29,097 bases of DNA from a candidate division FCPU426 bacterium (GTDB lineage Bacteria; Oederibacteriota; JAAXVQ01; JAUVAV01), in NCBI GenBank assembly GCA_030637655.1, contig DAOWGI010000073.1, forward strand, positions 1-29,097, given 5' to 3'. Below the pieces are notes generated by a model. That model had not been told where the DNA came from and searched no databases. It was given only the letters and a program-made list of their open reading frames with translations. Of this stretch, positions 8,390 through 21,187 are shown one piece after another. Numbering within the stretch: the stretch's first letter is position 1; the number at the start of each line of letters is the position of its first letter. Made by a program: the position numbers and the translations under genes.

Positions 8390-9670
8390 ATGATTACAGT
8401 AGAAATGAAAGAAAAAAACGAGACTACACGCATACTCGATGTTGTTGTGCCCCAAACCGAGGTGGATCTTCAATTTAAAACAGCCACGGCACAAATTCAG
8501 AGCAAGGCGGCTTTGCCGGGTTTTAGGAAAGGGAAAGTGCCACTGGATATTGTTGAGAAAAAATACCTGGGTGAAATTCGGGAGACGGTTCTGGATAATC
8601 TGTTTAGCAGTTCTTATCAGGAAGCGTTGGCGCAGACTCAGAGTGTTCCGATTCAACAACCGAAGTTGGAAAAACTGGAGTTGGACAAGGGCAAACCGCT
8701 TTCGTATCAAGTGGTGGTAGAAGTCTTGCCCAAGGTCAAATTAGGGAATTACAAAAAAATAAAATTAAAAAAGAATAAAATTGATATCAAAGATTCGGAA
8801 ATTGATGATGTCTTGGAACGTTTGCGTCAGCAGAGCGCTGTGTTGGAATCGGTAGAAGACCGTGCTTCCCAAAACGGAGATGTGGTTTCCATAGCGTTCG
8901 AAGGAAAGAAGGCCGGGGAACCACTGCCCAATACCAAAGCGGATAATCATATGGTGGAATTGGGAACCGGTCAGACCATTCCGGATTTTGAAAATAATGT
9001 GATCGGTATGCAACTGAACGAGACCAAGACCTTTGCGGCCGAATTTCCTAAAGATTATCATTCCCAGGAAATGGCCGGACAAAGTATTGATTTCACAGTA
9101 ACTATGAAAGGAATTCAGAATAAGAAACTGGCTGAACTGGATGACGAATTTGCCAAACAGATGGGCAAATTTGAAACTTTGGCGGAATTAAACGATCGCA
9201 TTAAACAGGATTTGACTGCTGAAAAAGAACGGCAGAATAAGACTTTGTTAAGTGATCAGATTATGCAGGACTTGGCCAAACAAACCCAGGTGAAGGTTCC
9301 GGAAGTGTTAATTGAACGCTCTCTAAACAATTTGCTCAAAGAGCATGAGAATCGTTTGGCACAGCAAAACCAAACCATGGAGCAGGCGGGTGTCACGGCC
9401 GAAGACTTTAAGCAGAAGAATCGAGATCAAGTAGAGATAGAATTAAAAGCAAGATTGGCGCTGCGTGAAATAGCGCAGATCGAAAAGATTGAAATTACCG
9501 AAGATGATGTGAACCAAGAGATTGGACGGTTGGCCAGGTCTGCCCGTCAGAGTCCTGAAGTGATTCGCAACTGGGTGGAGAAAAACAAGGGGTGGGATGA
9601 TATTCGTGATCGTCTGCGGGACGAAAAAACCCAAACCGTGATTATCGAACAGGCAAAAGTAAGTGAGTAG
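8390..9670 (+). CDS. tig: Trigger factor
   Basis: PGFRKGKVP ribosome-binding signature and FKBP-type domain (GDVVSIAFEGK, TIPDFE, FPKDYH). Lies upstream of clpP-clpX. Confidence 0.97.
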   Translation: MITVEMKEKNETTRILDVVVPQTEVDLQFKTATAQIQSKAALPGFRKGKVPLDIVEKKYLGEIRETVLDNLFSSSYQEALAQTQSVPIQQPKLEKLELDKGKPLSYQVVVEVLPKVKLGNYKKIKLKKNKIDIKDSEIDDVLERLRQQSAVLESVEDRASQNGDVVSIAFEGKKAGEPLPNTKADNHMVELGTGQTIPDFENNVIGMQLNETKTFAAEFPKDYHSQEMAGQSIDFTVTMKGIQNKKLAELDDEFAKQMGKFETLAELNDRIKQDLTAEKERQNKTLLSDQIMQDLAKQTQVKVPEVLIERSLNNLLKEHENRLAQQNQTMEQAGVTAEDFKQKNRDQVEIELKARLALREIAQIEKIEITEDDVNQEIGRLARSARQSPEVIRNWVEKNKGWDDIRDRLRDEKTQTVIIEQAKVSE

Positions 9671-9796
9671 GGGCGGGTTCTCAACCGAAGGAGTCCCTAT
9701 ATATCTTTTCCGGTCGGGGAAACCCGCCCACCAATTAAAAAGGCGGGTCCCGAACGCATCTACCAATTAGTGGGCGGGTTTGGAACCCGCCCCTAC
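9667..9796. repeat. Inverted GTAG-REP doublet; the left REP carries the small cassette in its loop
   Basis: GTAGGGGCGGGTT-CTCAA-[9685-9719]-A-AACCCGCCC at the left and GGGCGGGTTTGGAACCCGCCCCTAC (9772-9796) at the right. Confidence 0.85.
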
Positions 9797-9812
9797 ACAG
9801 GAGGCGTCAAGA

Positions 9813-10400
9813 ATGGCTTTAATTCCAATGGTCGTAGAACAAACGCAACGTGGTGAAAGAGCCTATGATATTTATTCCCGGCTGCTCAAAGAACGGATTA
9901 TCTTTTTAGGAACACCGATTAATGATGAAATTAGCAATCTGGTTATTGCGCAACTATTATTTTTGGAATCCGAAGAACAAAAAGAAATTTCCATGTACAT
10001 CAACAGTCCGGGTGGCGTGGTCTCTTCGGGATTGGCTATTTATGATACCATGCAATACATCAAGTCGCCGGTATCCACCTTGTGCGTCGGTCAGGCTGCC
10101 TCCATGGGTGCGGTCTTGCTGGCTGCCGGTGAGCCGGGCAAACGCTATGCCTTGCCGAATGCCCGTATCATGATGCATCAAGGATCTGCCGGTTTTTCAG
10201 GTTCCATGCCGGACATTGATATCCAAGCCAAAGAGATTACCCGGGTACGTGAGATGATGAATAAAATCTTGGCCCGGCATACCGGCCAGTCAGCAGAAAA
10301 AATCATCAAAGACACAGACCGTGACTATTTTTTATCCGCGACCGAAGCCAAAGAATATGGTGTGCTTGATGAAGTCATGACTGTTGGAGTGAAAAAATAA
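9813..10400 (+). CDS. clpP: ATP-dependent Clp protease proteolytic subunit
   Basis: [28 protein letters not shown], catalytic GQAASMGA / MMHQ / DRD. AGGAGG precedes ATG 9813; the 9780 TTG lies inside the REP. Confidence 0.98.
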   Translation: MALIPMVVEQTQRGERAYDIYSRLLKERIIFLGTPINDEISNLVIAQLLFLESEEQKEISMYINSPGGVVSSGLAIYDTMQYIKSPVSTLCVGQAASMGAVLLAAGEPGKRYALPNARIMMHQGSAGFSGSMPDIDIQAKEITRVREMMNKILARHTGQSAEKIIKDTDRDYFLSATEAKEYGVLDEVMTVGVKK

Positions 10401-10412
10401 GGGAGAGCTGCT

Positions 10413-11669
10413 ATGGGGCGGTCAACTATAAATAAAAATATTATCTGTTCGTTTTGCGGGAAACATTCGACCACTGTAAAGAAATTGATCAAAGGGCCGG
10501 GTGTGTACATCTGCGATGAATGCGTGGCTTTTTGCAATGATATTTTAGAACAGGAAAATCAATCCGGTTCCACCCCCCTGCAGCAAAAAGTTCCGAAACC
10601 AACGGAAATCAAGCAAATTCTTGATCAATACATTATTGGGCAAGATCGTGCCAAACGTGTTCTGGCGGTGGCGGTTCACAATCACTACAAACGGATTCGG
10701 ATACAAAGCATGTTGGACAAAAACGATGTGGAGTTGGCCAAGAGCAATATTTTATTGATTGGTTCTACCGGCACCGGCAAAACGCTGATGGCTCAGACTT
10801 TGGCCAGAATATTGAAAGTTCCGTTTGCCATTGTGGATGCTACGACTCTAACCGAGGCAGGATATGTAGGTGAAGATGTTGAAAATATTATTTTAAAGCT
10901 CTTGCAGAATGGGAATTATGATGTTGGACCCACTCAGCGCGGAATCATTTATATTGATGAAATTGATAAGATCGGACGTAAAAGCGAGAATCCTTCCATC
11001 ACGCGTGATGTTTCCGGAGAAGGAGTCCAACAAGCGCTGCTGAAAATAATTGAGGGAACCGTGGCCAGCGTGCCTCCGAAAGGCGGACGCAAACATCCGC
11101 ATCAGGAGTATGTAAAAGTGGATACTACCAATATTTTGTTTATTTGCGGCGGCGCGTTTAATGGTTTGGACCGCATTGTGGAACGACGGGTGGGCAAGAA
11201 AAGTATTGGGTTTGGGGTGGAACACTCATCCACGGAAAAGCATAATCAGGATGAACTGCTCAAACAAGTTCATCCTGAGGATTTGATCAAATATGGTATG
11301 ATTCCGGAACTGATAGGGCGTTTGCCGGTCGTATCGGTGCTTAATGAATTGGATGAAGAAGCTCTGGTTAGGATTTTAGCTGAACCGAAGAATGCCTTGC
11401 TAAAACAATACCGGAAATTTTTTGAGATGGAAGATGTAAAATTGATCATCACGCCTGAGGCACAACGAAAAGTGGCTCAGGAAAGTATAAAACGGAAAAC
11501 CGGAGCTCGTGGTCTGCGGGCGGTTTTGGAAGACATTATGCTGGATTTGATGTACGAACTGCCCGGACAGGATGATGTACGCGAATGCATCATCACACCG
11601 GAAGTGATTTCCGGTGAGGAAAAACCGCAGTTGGTGTATGAAGAAACACCGGAAGAAAAACTCGCTTAA
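10413..11669 (+). CDS. clpX: ATP-dependent Clp protease ATP-binding subunit
   Basis: CSFC...CDEC zinc finger, [33 protein letters not shown] loop, GARGLR. Confidence 0.98.
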   Translation: MGRSTINKNIICSFCGKHSTTVKKLIKGPGVYICDECVAFCNDILEQENQSGSTPLQQKVPKPTEIKQILDQYIIGQDRAKRVLAVAVHNHYKRIRIQSMLDKNDVELAKSNILLIGSTGTGKTLMAQTLARILKVPFAIVDATTLTEAGYVGEDVENIILKLLQNGNYDVGPTQRGIIYIDEIDKIGRKSENPSITRDVSGEGVQQALLKIIEGTVASVPPKGGRKHPHQEYVKVDTTNILFICGGAFNGLDRIVERRVGKKSIGFGVEHSSTEKHNQDELLKQVHPEDLIKYGMIPELIGRLPVVSVLNELDEEALVRILAEPKNALLKQYRKFFEMEDVKLIITPEAQRKVAQESIKRKTGARGLRAVLEDIMLDLMYELPGQDDVRECIITPEVISGEEKPQLVYEETPEEKLA

Positions 11670-11700
11670 TTTAAACATAAATATTAAGGAAAAGAGTCAT

Positions 11701-14148
11701 ATGAATAAAACCAAAGGTTCGAAAACCGAACATAATGCTATTGTCTTGCCGATGCTACCGTTGCGGGATGTGGTTGTTTTCCCGCATATGATTGTGCCGT
11801 TGTTTGTGGGACGCGAGAAGTCGGTTGCCGCGCTTGAGACCGCCATGCTGGCAGACCGCATGATTATATTGGCCGCCCAATTGCGCGCCCAGATTGATGA
11901 TCCTGATATTGAAGATATTTATAGCATTGGAACCCGTGCTCAGATTTTACAAGTCCTGAAGATGCCGGACAATACCATCAAAGTGTTAGTGGAAGGCAAA
12001 GAACGCGTTAGGATTACCCGGTTTGTCCGGCAAGAAAAGCACATTGGCGTGCATTATGAACCTGTGGTTACGGATGTAAAAATCGGCACAACCATTAAAG
12101 CGTTAATGCGCAACAGTGGTGAGCTTTTTGAGCGTTACGCCCGGTTGAATAAAAAGATACCGGCGGAGGTGGTTTCTTCGGTAACTACAATTGAAGAGCC
12201 GGAACGCTTTGTGGATATTTTAGCGGCGCATATCAATTTCAAAGTTGAGGAAAAACAGAAACTTCTGGCTTTTCTGGATATAGTGGGACGCCTGGAATTG
12301 TTGGCCAAATTGCTCTCTAATGAAATTGAGATTCTGGAAATTGAACGGCGCATCAAAGGGCGCGTGCGCAAGCAGATGGAGCACACCCAAAAAGAATATT
12401 ATTTGCAAGAGCAAATGAAAGCGATTCGTAAGGAATTGGGACACAAAGATGAAGAAAATGAGATTGCTGAACTTGCCGGGAAGATCAAAAAAGCGAAAAT
12501 GCCCGTCGCGGCGGAAGAAAAAGCGCTGAAGGAGTTGGGCCGTCTGGAACGCATGCAACCCATGTCGCCGGAAGCGGCGGTCATTCGCACCTATGTGGAC
12601 TGGTTTGTTTGCTTGCCCTGGCAGATACGGACGCGGGAAAAACTGGAGCTGCGAAATGTGGCTCGCCAAATGGATAAAGATCACTATGGCTTGAAAAAAG
12701 TAAAAGAAAGAATCCTGGAATATCTGGCAGTACGAAAGTTAGCGCCCAAGATGAAAGGACCTATCCTCTGCCTGGTCGGGCCTCCGGGTGTAGGTAAAAC
12801 CTCATTAGCGCGTTCAGTGGCCAAAGCCTTGAATCGTAATTTTGTCCGGATTTCTCTGGGCGGAGTGCGTGATGAAGCGGAAATTCGCGGACATCGTCGC
12901 ACTTATATCGGAGCCTTGCCCGGGAGAATTATTCAAGCTCTGAAGACCGCGAAAAGTAAAAATCCACTAATCTTGTTGGATGAATTAGATAAGATCGGTT
13001 CTGATTTTCGCGGTGATCCGGCAGCAGCATTGCTCGAGGTCCTGGATCCGGAACAGAATGTAACTTTTTCGGATCATTATCTGGATGTTCATTTTGATCT
13101 CTCTGAAGTAATGTTTATTGCCACAGCCAATGTGATACATCATCTCCATTCTACGCTTAAGGACCGCATGGAGATCATAGAGATTCCCGGCTACACGCAA
13201 GAAGAAAAGCTGAAAATCGCGGAAAATCATTTATTTATACGTCTTTTGGAAGAACACGGATTAACCTCGCGTGATTTAGTGTTGCCCCGGAAAATGATTG
13301 AAAAAGTCATTACTGAATACACTTCCGAAGCCGGTGTACGTAATTTAAATCGCGAGTTAGCCGCTATTATGCGCAAAATTACCCGGCACAAGGTTGAGAA
13401 AAAACTGGTCACAAGCAATAGGAATCTCACCGCCCACGACATCACCAAGTATTTGGGTCCTCCGCGTTTTGTGAAACGTAAAGGGGAGAGAAAAAATACT
13501 GTGGGTGTAGCCACCGGTTTGGCGTGGACTGAGGTGGGTGGCGTTATTCTGGGTATTGAAGTGAGTTTGATGCCGGGGAAAGGGCAGTTGACCTTAACCG
13601 GGAAGCTGGGTGAAGTCATGCGCGAATCAGCCCAAGCCGCGGTAAGCTACGCGCGCGCGCAAGCTCAAGAAAATTTGATTCCGGCGGATTTTTACCATAA
13701 AACGGATATACATATTCATGTGCCGGAAGGTGCCATTCCCAAAGATGGGCCTTCAGCCGGGATTGCCATGGCGACCGCCATTATTTCGGTGTTGTCCGGT
13801 CGGGCAGTGCGAAAAGATGTTGCCATGACCGGGGAAATAACCCTGCGGGGACGAGTATTGGCCATTGGAGGATTGAAGGAAAAACTACTGGCAGCCATGC
13901 GGGCAAAAATGAAAACCGTGATCATTCCGCAAGAAAATGAAAAAGATATGGAAGACTTGCCTTGGGAAGTGAAAAAAAGCCTGGATATTCATTTTGTCCA
14001 GGATATGTGTGAAGTTTTACCTATTGCTTTGGTGATGCCACCGAGGTCAACGAAAAAGACCAGGCAGAAAAAAATAAAAAATAAAGAATCCGCGGATCAA
14101 GCGGTGAAACATATCTGTGCGTCAACAGCTTCTGATCAACTCGTATGA
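11701..14148 (+). CDS. lon: Lon protease (LonA)
   Basis: [11 protein letters not shown]-domain, [24 protein letters not shown] (catalytic Ser), GGLKEK (catalytic Lys). Start set at ATG 11701, after the clpX stop. Confidence 0.97.
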   Translation: MNKTKGSKTEHNAIVLPMLPLRDVVVFPHMIVPLFVGREKSVAALETAMLADRMIILAAQLRAQIDDPDIEDIYSIGTRAQILQVLKMPDNTIKVLVEGKERVRITRFVRQEKHIGVHYEPVVTDVKIGTTIKALMRNSGELFERYARLNKKIPAEVVSSVTTIEEPERFVDILAAHINFKVEEKQKLLAFLDIVGRLELLAKLLSNEIEILEIERRIKGRVRKQMEHTQKEYYLQEQMKAIRKELGHKDEENEIAELAGKIKKAKMPVAAEEKALKELGRLERMQPMSPEAAVIRTYVDWFVCLPWQIRTREKLELRNVARQMDKDHYGLKKVKERILEYLAVRKLAPKMKGPILCLVGPPGVGKTSLARSVAKALNRNFVRISLGGVRDEAEIRGHRRTYIGALPGRIIQALKTAKSKNPLILLDELDKIGSDFRGDPAAALLEVLDPEQNVTFSDHYLDVHFDLSEVMFIATANVIHHLHSTLKDRMEIIEIPGYTQEEKLKIAENHLFIRLLEEHGLTSRDLVLPRKMIEKVITEYTSEAGVRNLNRELAAIMRKITRHKVEKKLVTSNRNLTAHDITKYLGPPRFVKRKGERKNTVGVATGLAWTEVGGVILGIEVSLMPGKGQLTLTGKLGEVMRESAQAAVSYARAQAQENLIPADFYHKTDIHIHVPEGAIPKDGPSAGIAMATAIISVLSGRAVRKDVAMTGEITLRGRVLAIGGLKEKLLAAMRAKMKTVIIPQENEKDMEDLPWEVKKSLDIHFVQDMCEVLPIALVMPPRSTKKTRQKKIKNKESADQAVKHICASTASDQLV

Positions 14149-14768
14149 CCACTCCGGCACTGGAATTAATAGCCACTTGTTTTCAGTCGCAGCAATTTCC
14201 GGAAGCCGCAGGACCGGAAATTGTAATGGCCGGCAGATCTAATGTAGGTAAATCTTCGCTGATTAATCAGTTGGCCGGCAGAGCGAGTCGCTTGAAATTG
14301 AAGCAGAGAGCCCGTGTTTCGCAAAAACCCGGGTGTACCCGGTCTATTAATTTTTATCGGTTTGGAATCCATGCGATTTTGGTGGATTTGCCGGGATATG
14401 GCTATGCCCAGCTGCCGGCCGGCCTGCGGGAAAAATTAAAGCAACTGGTAGGAACTTATTTTACAAATAGATCCACTATAACTTTACTGGTGCACATTGT
14501 GGATGCGCGGTTGGATTTGCAACCTTTGGATTGGAAGATGCTGGAGTGGGGGGGACATTTTCATTATCCCTACTTGTTATTGTTGAACAAATGTGATAAA
14601 TTGTCGCGATCATTGCTTGTCCAAAGAGAACGGAAAATTAAACAGAGTCTACGTTCGAAATATCCTGAGGTACAGTCACAGGCGGTTTCTGCAATGACTG
14701 GCCACGGAATTGCAGCCTGCAAGAAGATCATACATGAAGCAATACAAACGTATCAGAACCGGCAGTAA
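14145..14768 (+). CDS. engB: Ribosome biogenesis GTPase EngB/YihA/YsxC
   Basis: [31 protein letters not shown] overlap with lon, the usual position for this gene. Confidence 0.93.
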   Translation: MTTPALELIATCFQSQQFPEAAGPEIVMAGRSNVGKSSLINQLAGRASRLKLKQRARVSQKPGCTRSINFYRFGIHAILVDLPGYGYAQLPAGLREKLKQLVGTYFTNRSTITLLVHIVDARLDLQPLDWKMLEWGGHFHYPYLLLLNKCDKLSRSLLVQRERKIKQSLRSKYPEVQSQAVSAMTGHGIAACKKIIHEAIQTYQNRQ

Positions 14769-14813
14769 CTAAGGTTAACCATAATTACTCGGACGAGAAG
14801 GAGAAATAAGATT

Positions 14814-15962
14814 ATGCTGTATAAAAAACGCTTAATGACACCCGGCCCCACAGAAGTTCCACCTACGGTTTTGGCCCAAGGCGGCCAGCCGATTATTCAC
14901 CATCGTACACCGCAGTTCCGAAAAGTGCTTACAGAAGTGGTTGCCGGCTTAAAACGTATTTTTAATACTGAAAACGATACGCTTGTTTTTCCGGCCGCAG
15001 GTACTGGTGGTATGGAATCGGCGATCGTCAATTTGTGTTCGCCCGGGGATGCGATTTTAGTGGCGGCCTGTGGTAATTTTGGAAATCGCTGGACAAATAT
15101 TGCCAAAGCCTTTGGTGTTGAAAGCGAACACTACGAAGTGGACTGGGGTCAAGCAGTCGATCCCAAAGAAATTGAAAAGCGTTTGGCTGCCAATCCTAAA
15201 ATCACAGCGGTTTTTATCACGCTTTCTGAAACCTCCACAGGTGTGGAATCCGACGTCCAAACCATTGGCGCTATTGTTGCTAAGACTTCAGCGGTTTTAG
15301 TGGTGGATGCAATCTCAGGAATGGGCGCTATTCCCATGAAAACCGATGAATGGAAAGTGGATGTTGTGGTGGTAGGAGCGCAAAAAGGGTTGATGATTCC
15401 TCCCGGGTTGGCCATGGTTTCGATCTCGAAAAAAGCGTGGGATCTTGCCAAAATAGCAAAACTGCCCAAATTTTATTTTAGCTGGGAAAAATCACAAAAA
15501 TCAATGGTGGCCGAAGCTTTGGCCAACACACCATACACACCAAGCGTTTCTTTGCTTATGCAATTGGCGGAATCAATACGTTTGATTGAAGAAGAAGGAA
15601 TTGAAGCAATTTGGGAACGGCATGCCAAAATGGGAGCAGCTACCCGGGCAGCTATGGAAGCGTTAGGTTTGAAATTATTTGCGACCGGACGACCCAGCAA
15701 TGCTGTGACTTCAGTCCGGGTTCCGGAAGGTGTGGATGGCGGAAAATTGTTTAAAACCGTGCGTGATACGTATGGTATCACCTTGGCCGGAGGTCAAGGT
15801 CAAGTCAAAGGCAAGATTTTTAGAATAGGACATCTGGGATACGCGGATGATTGGGATGTAATTAGTGCGGTGGCTGCCATTGAACGTGCCTTGCTGGAAC
15901 AGGGATATAAAGTGGAATTGGGCAAAGGTTTAGCTGCTGCTGAAAAAGTATTATTTGGGTAG
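14814..15962 (+). CDS. Class V PLP aminotransferase (alanine/serine-glyoxylate family; probable phosphoserine aminotransferase role)
   Basis: MTPGPT, HHRT, ETSTGV, VVDAIS, AQKGLMIPPGL (PLP Lys), PYTP, FRIGHLG. Immediately upstream of serA. Confidence 0.9.
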   Translation: MLYKKRLMTPGPTEVPPTVLAQGGQPIIHHRTPQFRKVLTEVVAGLKRIFNTENDTLVFPAAGTGGMESAIVNLCSPGDAILVAACGNFGNRWTNIAKAFGVESEHYEVDWGQAVDPKEIEKRLAANPKITAVFITLSETSTGVESDVQTIGAIVAKTSAVLVVDAISGMGAIPMKTDEWKVDVVVVGAQKGLMIPPGLAMVSISKKAWDLAKIAKLPKFYFSWEKSQKSMVAEALANTPYTPSVSLLMQLAESIRLIEEEGIEAIWERHAKMGAATRAAMEALGLKLFATGRPSNAVTSVRVPEGVDGGKLFKTVRDTYGITLAGGQGQVKGKIFRIGHLGYADDWDVISAVAAIERALLEQGYKVELGKGLAAAEKVLFG

Positions 15963-15972
15963 ACATTATTTT

Positions 15973-15997
15973 GTAGGAGCGTATTGCCATACGTCCT
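15973..15997 (+). repeat. Degenerate GTAG-type REP
   Basis: GTAGGAGCGTATTGCCATACGTCCT, an imperfect hairpin. Confidence 0.55.
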
Positions 15998-16020
15998 TTT
16001 TGAAAACGGAGGAAATAACG

Positions 16021-17607
16021 ATGTTCAAAGTCTTGATAAGTGATAATTTGGCCGTGGCGGGGCAGGAAGTCTTGCGGGCTGATGCGCAGATTGAGCTGGA
16101 TGTGCGTGAAAAGGTGATTCCTGAAGAGTTATTAAAAATAATTAAAGATTATGACGCTTTGATTATTCGCAGCGCTACCAAAGTTACTAAAGAAGTGTTG
16201 GCGGTTGCGCCGAAATTGAAAGTGATTGGTCGCGCCGGTGTAGGTATTGATAATATTGATATGGCTGAAGCAACCCGTTGTGGTGTGATTGTTATGAATA
16301 CACCGGACGGCAATACGATTTCCACGGCTGAGCACACCTTTTCCATGATTATGGCGCTTTCCCGTAATATTCCGCAAGCCGATCAATCGGTCAAAGCTGG
16401 AAAATGGGAAAGAAAGAAATTCATGGGAACCGAATTGTACGGAAAAGTCTTGGGTATTGTGGGTTTGGGAAGAATTGGGACCGAGTTGGCCAAACGCGCA
16501 CAATCGTTTGGCATGTCCATTATGGCATTTGATCCATTTCTCACCAAAGAAAAAGCTGATAAATTAAATGTAAAGCTGGCATCGCTGGATGAAATTACCA
16601 CCCAAGCGGATTACATTACTGTGCATACACCTAAAAATAAGGAGACTGCGGGCTTATTTGGTAAAAAACAGTTTGAAAAGATGAAATCCACTACTCGCAT
16701 CATCAATTGCGCGCGTGGTGGCATTATAAATCAGTATGAACTCAAAGAAGCCTTGAAATCCAATCAGATTGCAGGAGCTGCCCTGGATGTCTATGATTCA
16801 GAACCGCCAACCGATCAGGAACTCTTTTCACTTCCCAATATTATACTGACACCGCATTTAGGCGCTTCAACTGAAGAAGCGCAAATCAATGTGGGTGTCG
16901 TTATGGCTGAACAGGTCATTGATGCTTTAAAAGGCGGGATGATTCGTAACGCGTTGAATATTCCCTCAGTGGCGCCGGAATTGCTCAAGGAGATTTCGCC
17001 CTATTTGGAATTAGCCGACCGTTTGGGTAGCTTTCAAGGTCAAATGCTGGATGGGCAATTAAAAAAGATAACTGTGAAATATGCCGGTGAAGTATGTGAT
17101 TATCCTACGGATCTGATGAGTGTGGCAGCTGTCAAAGGGCTATTAGCCATCATGCTTTCAGAGTCTCTAAATTTTGTGAATGCCCGGATTTTGGCCAAAG
17201 AACGCGGGATTGAGATCACTGAGACCAGGTCGAAAGATACGCATGATTTTACCAGCACCATTGCGGTTCAAGTTGAGACGGACAAGGAAAAGCGCGAAAT
17301 TGTTGGGACGATTATCGGTAAAAAGCGTGATCCCTATGTGGTATCCGTATTCGGGTATCACACGGATTTTTTGCCCCAGGGACACTTGCTGGTATTTACC
17401 CATAAGGATGAACCGGGTATTGTAGGACGGATGGGTTCTATCTTAGGAGACGCCAAAGTCAATATTGCCGCCTTGCATATGGGCCGGGACGAATTGGGTG
17501 GAGAAGCTGTTAGTATTCTTAATGTGGACTCCGAAGTACCGGAAGATTTACTGGAAAAATTGACTCAGACAGCGAAAATCAAAACAATTAAAAGTGTTAA
17601 TCTCTAA
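16021..17607 (+). CDS. serA: D-3-phosphoglycerate dehydrogenase (long type with ASB and ACT domains)
   Basis: GRAGVGIDNID, GLGRIG, INCARGG, TPHLGASTEEAQ, C-terminal D.PGIVG..NIA ACT domain. GGAGG precedes ATG 16021. Confidence 0.96.
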   Translation: MFKVLISDNLAVAGQEVLRADAQIELDVREKVIPEELLKIIKDYDALIIRSATKVTKEVLAVAPKLKVIGRAGVGIDNIDMAEATRCGVIVMNTPDGNTISTAEHTFSMIMALSRNIPQADQSVKAGKWERKKFMGTELYGKVLGIVGLGRIGTELAKRAQSFGMSIMAFDPFLTKEKADKLNVKLASLDEITTQADYITVHTPKNKETAGLFGKKQFEKMKSTTRIINCARGGIINQYELKEALKSNQIAGAALDVYDSEPPTDQELFSLPNIILTPHLGASTEEAQINVGVVMAEQVIDALKGGMIRNALNIPSVAPELLKEISPYLELADRLGSFQGQMLDGQLKKITVKYAGEVCDYPTDLMSVAAVKGLLAIMLSESLNFVNARILAKERGIEITETRSKDTHDFTSTIAVQVETDKEKREIVGTIIGKKRDPYVVSVFGYHTDFLPQGHLLVFTHKDEPGIVGRMGSILGDAKVNIAALHMGRDELGGEAVSILNVDSEVPEDLLEKLTQTAKIKTIKSVNL

Positions 17608-17633
17608 AAAATAAAAAAGGTAAGGATAGTTGA

Positions 17634-18922
<1,289 letters not shown>

Positions 18923-18923
<1 letters not shown>

Positions 18924-18998
18924 AGCCGGTAGCTCAGTTGGTAGAGCATCGCCCTTTTAAGGCGGGTGTCGAGAGTTCGAGACTCTCCCGGCTCACCA
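18923..18998 (+). tRNA. tRNA-Lys (TTT), overlapping the purA stop codon by 1 nt
   Basis: Acceptor GAGCCGG (18923-18929)/CCGGCTC (18988-18994), anticodon arm TCGCC-CTTTTAA-GGCGG, T arm GAGAG-TTCGAGA-CTCTC, terminal ACCA; 76 nt. Confidence 0.96.
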
Positions 18999-19100
18999 AA
19001 TAACTTTGTTTTAAAAGGGAAATGTTGTATTTTGTTAAAAAAAAAATCGATTTTTACTACAAAAACGCCTCTGATTATCTACAAAAAAATGAAAAAATAT

Positions 19101-19129
19101 TTGACAAAAAATATATATTGTTGTATTAT
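19101..19129 (+). promoter_or_regulatory. Sigma70-type promoter upstream of the TPR/signalling cluster
   Basis: TTGACA (19101-19106), 17-bp spacer, TATTAT (19124-19129), with A-tracts upstream. Confidence 0.72.
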
Positions 19130-19189
19130 AATAATTGAACAATTCTTACATCAATACTTAACATTGTTATCAATGAAAGAGGCCTTCTT

Positions 19190-21157
19190 ATGGTCTTGAA
19201 GTTTACTGGCAATAAAATCATCACTACTTTATTGCTTTTTGCCCTTACTGCCGCCTTGGCCGTACTTCCGACATATGCTCAGGATAAAACATTAGCCAGG
19301 CTAAAAAAAATTTCCGCTTCACAACCGAATAATCCCAATGCACATTTTAATTTAGGTCTGTATTATTATCAAAAAGGCCGATACAAACAGTCCGTTGTGG
19401 TTTTGCAAAAAGTGATAGCCATTAATTCGGCGGATGAGGAAGCTTTAGTGTTGCTGGGCTCAGTATACTTGCGTGTAGGAAAATTGCAGGAGTCGGAGCG
19501 GATTTTAAAGAAAGTGTTGAAAATCAACCCGGATAACATTGATGCGCAAAATAGTATTGGATTGGTGTACTTCAATCAAAATCGTCCGGATACCGCCGTT
19601 CGGGCCTTGCAAAAAAGTTTAAATATACAACCGGATAATCTGGATGCGCTGAACAATTTAGCTTTTGTGTATGCCGCGCTTAATAAGGTGGATGCTGCCA
19701 TCGGCATATACAAACGCATACGCAATATTGATCCGAAATCCGCTTTTAGCTATGAGTGTTTGGCCCAGTTGTATTATATTCAGCAAAAATATTCCAATGT
19801 GATTAAAATTTATCATCAATCCAAGGGCAAAATTCCAGAGAATGCCAAACTACTCAACCATGTTGCTTTTGCGCATTTCTACCAGGGGGAAATCAAGGCG
19901 GCGTATAAATATTTCAGTCGGGCCAACAAATTAAATCCCGGGGAGGCGGAAAGTTATTTTGGTATGGGATTGATTGCATATAAAAAAGCGAATTTGGATA
20001 TTGCGATTAAAAAATTCCGTCAAGCGATTAAGCTGAAGAAAAAATATCTGGAAGCCTATCGGCAGTTGGCTATGGCATACGAGGACAAAGGGGAGTACCT
20101 CAAAGCCTTGTATTATTACCGCCAATTTTTGAAAATATCTCCCAAAGACCGTGCGGTGAAACGTACCTACCGTTCCATACGGGAAAAAGCCATTGATTAC
20201 TATTTACGCAAAGGCAGTAAAGCATATTTTAGAAATGATTATAAATCCGCGGTGAAATATTGGAATAATGTATTGAAATTGGATTCCAAAAATATTACTG
20301 CCAATAAGTTTATTAAAACCGCGAAAGTCAAATTAGCCGGAAAGATCAATGAACATCTCCAGCAGGCGGAATCGTTTTTACGTAAAAATAAACAGCAAGA
20401 TGCCTATCGTGAATTTCGGGCTGTGTTGAAAATAGCGCCCAAGAATAAGCGGGCTAAAAAAGGTATGGAGCGCGTAAAATTAAAACAGAAAGAAAAAGAC
20501 GAGATTCGTACGGCACAAGCCATGGACAGTTTAAGGAAAGGCCGGAATGTAAAAGCGGCCTTAAAAGATCTGAATATAACCTTGAAAAAGGATCCGACCA
20601 ATTTAATCGCCAAGAATATGGTCAGCAAAGTACGAAAAGAGCAAAAATCCGGAACTGAAAGAAATTATCGAAAAGGCATTGACTTATTCTCTAAAGGCAA
20701 ATTGCGTGAGGCTATTGTTAGTTTGGAACGTTCTCTGGAAATGGATCAGAAAAACCAAGGTATTAAAAATTTACTGTATAAAGCCAGAACCCAATTGCGT
20801 GAAAATATCAGAGCGTTGATAGCGCGCGGTATTGAATTATCCCATGCCGGTCGCATTCCGGAAGCCCAAGAAAAATTTATCAAGGTACTTAAGTTGGATC
20901 CGCATAATGCCGAAGCCAATGAATATTTAGCCAAGTTCACCGGAAAAGAGGGGAATGTTACAGTAAGCAAAGACGAGATTAAAAAGCTGTACTATAAAGG
21001 AGTTTCGTTCTACTTGGACGCGCAAAATCGACGTGCCATTGAGGTGTGGAAGAAAATCTTGGTATTGGATCCTAATCACCAGGAAGCAAAAAGTTCCATC
21101 ACCAAGGCGGAAATGGAATTAAAAGCAATGGAAAAACTTGGTATTAAATCACACTAA
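19190..21157 (+). CDS. Exported tetratricopeptide-repeat protein
   Basis: Sec signal peptide ending TYA-QD. Many 34-aa TPR units (AHFNLG.., ..L.INPDN.DA..). Confidence 0.9.
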   Translation: MVLKFTGNKIITTLLLFALTAALAVLPTYAQDKTLARLKKISASQPNNPNAHFNLGLYYYQKGRYKQSVVVLQKVIAINSADEEALVLLGSVYLRVGKLQESERILKKVLKINPDNIDAQNSIGLVYFNQNRPDTAVRALQKSLNIQPDNLDALNNLAFVYAALNKVDAAIGIYKRIRNIDPKSAFSYECLAQLYYIQQKYSNVIKIYHQSKGKIPENAKLLNHVAFAHFYQGEIKAAYKYFSRANKLNPGEAESYFGMGLIAYKKANLDIAIKKFRQAIKLKKKYLEAYRQLAMAYEDKGEYLKALYYYRQFLKISPKDRAVKRTYRSIREKAIDYYLRKGSKAYFRNDYKSAVKYWNNVLKLDSKNITANKFIKTAKVKLAGKINEHLQQAESFLRKNKQQDAYREFRAVLKIAPKNKRAKKGMERVKLKQKEKDEIRTAQAMDSLRKGRNVKAALKDLNITLKKDPTNLIAKNMVSKVRKEQKSGTERNYRKGIDLFSKGKLREAIVSLERSLEMDQKNQGIKNLLYKARTQLRENIRALIARGIELSHAGRIPEAQEKFIKVLKLDPHNAEANEYLAKFTGKEGNVTVSKDEIKKLYYKGVSFYLDAQNRRAIEVWKKILVLDPNHQEAKSSITKAEMELKAMEKLGIKSH

Positions 21158-21187
21158 GTTTTTCCATTTCCCGAGGAAGGTTTAGGC

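Noticed and set aside
327-16020. Long N-terminal extensions in the ORF track (starts 327, 9780, 11614, 15955)
   Set aside because: They run through repeats or upstream genes. Downstream ATGs at 393, 9813, 11701 and 16021 match family N-termini, mostly with clear RBSs.
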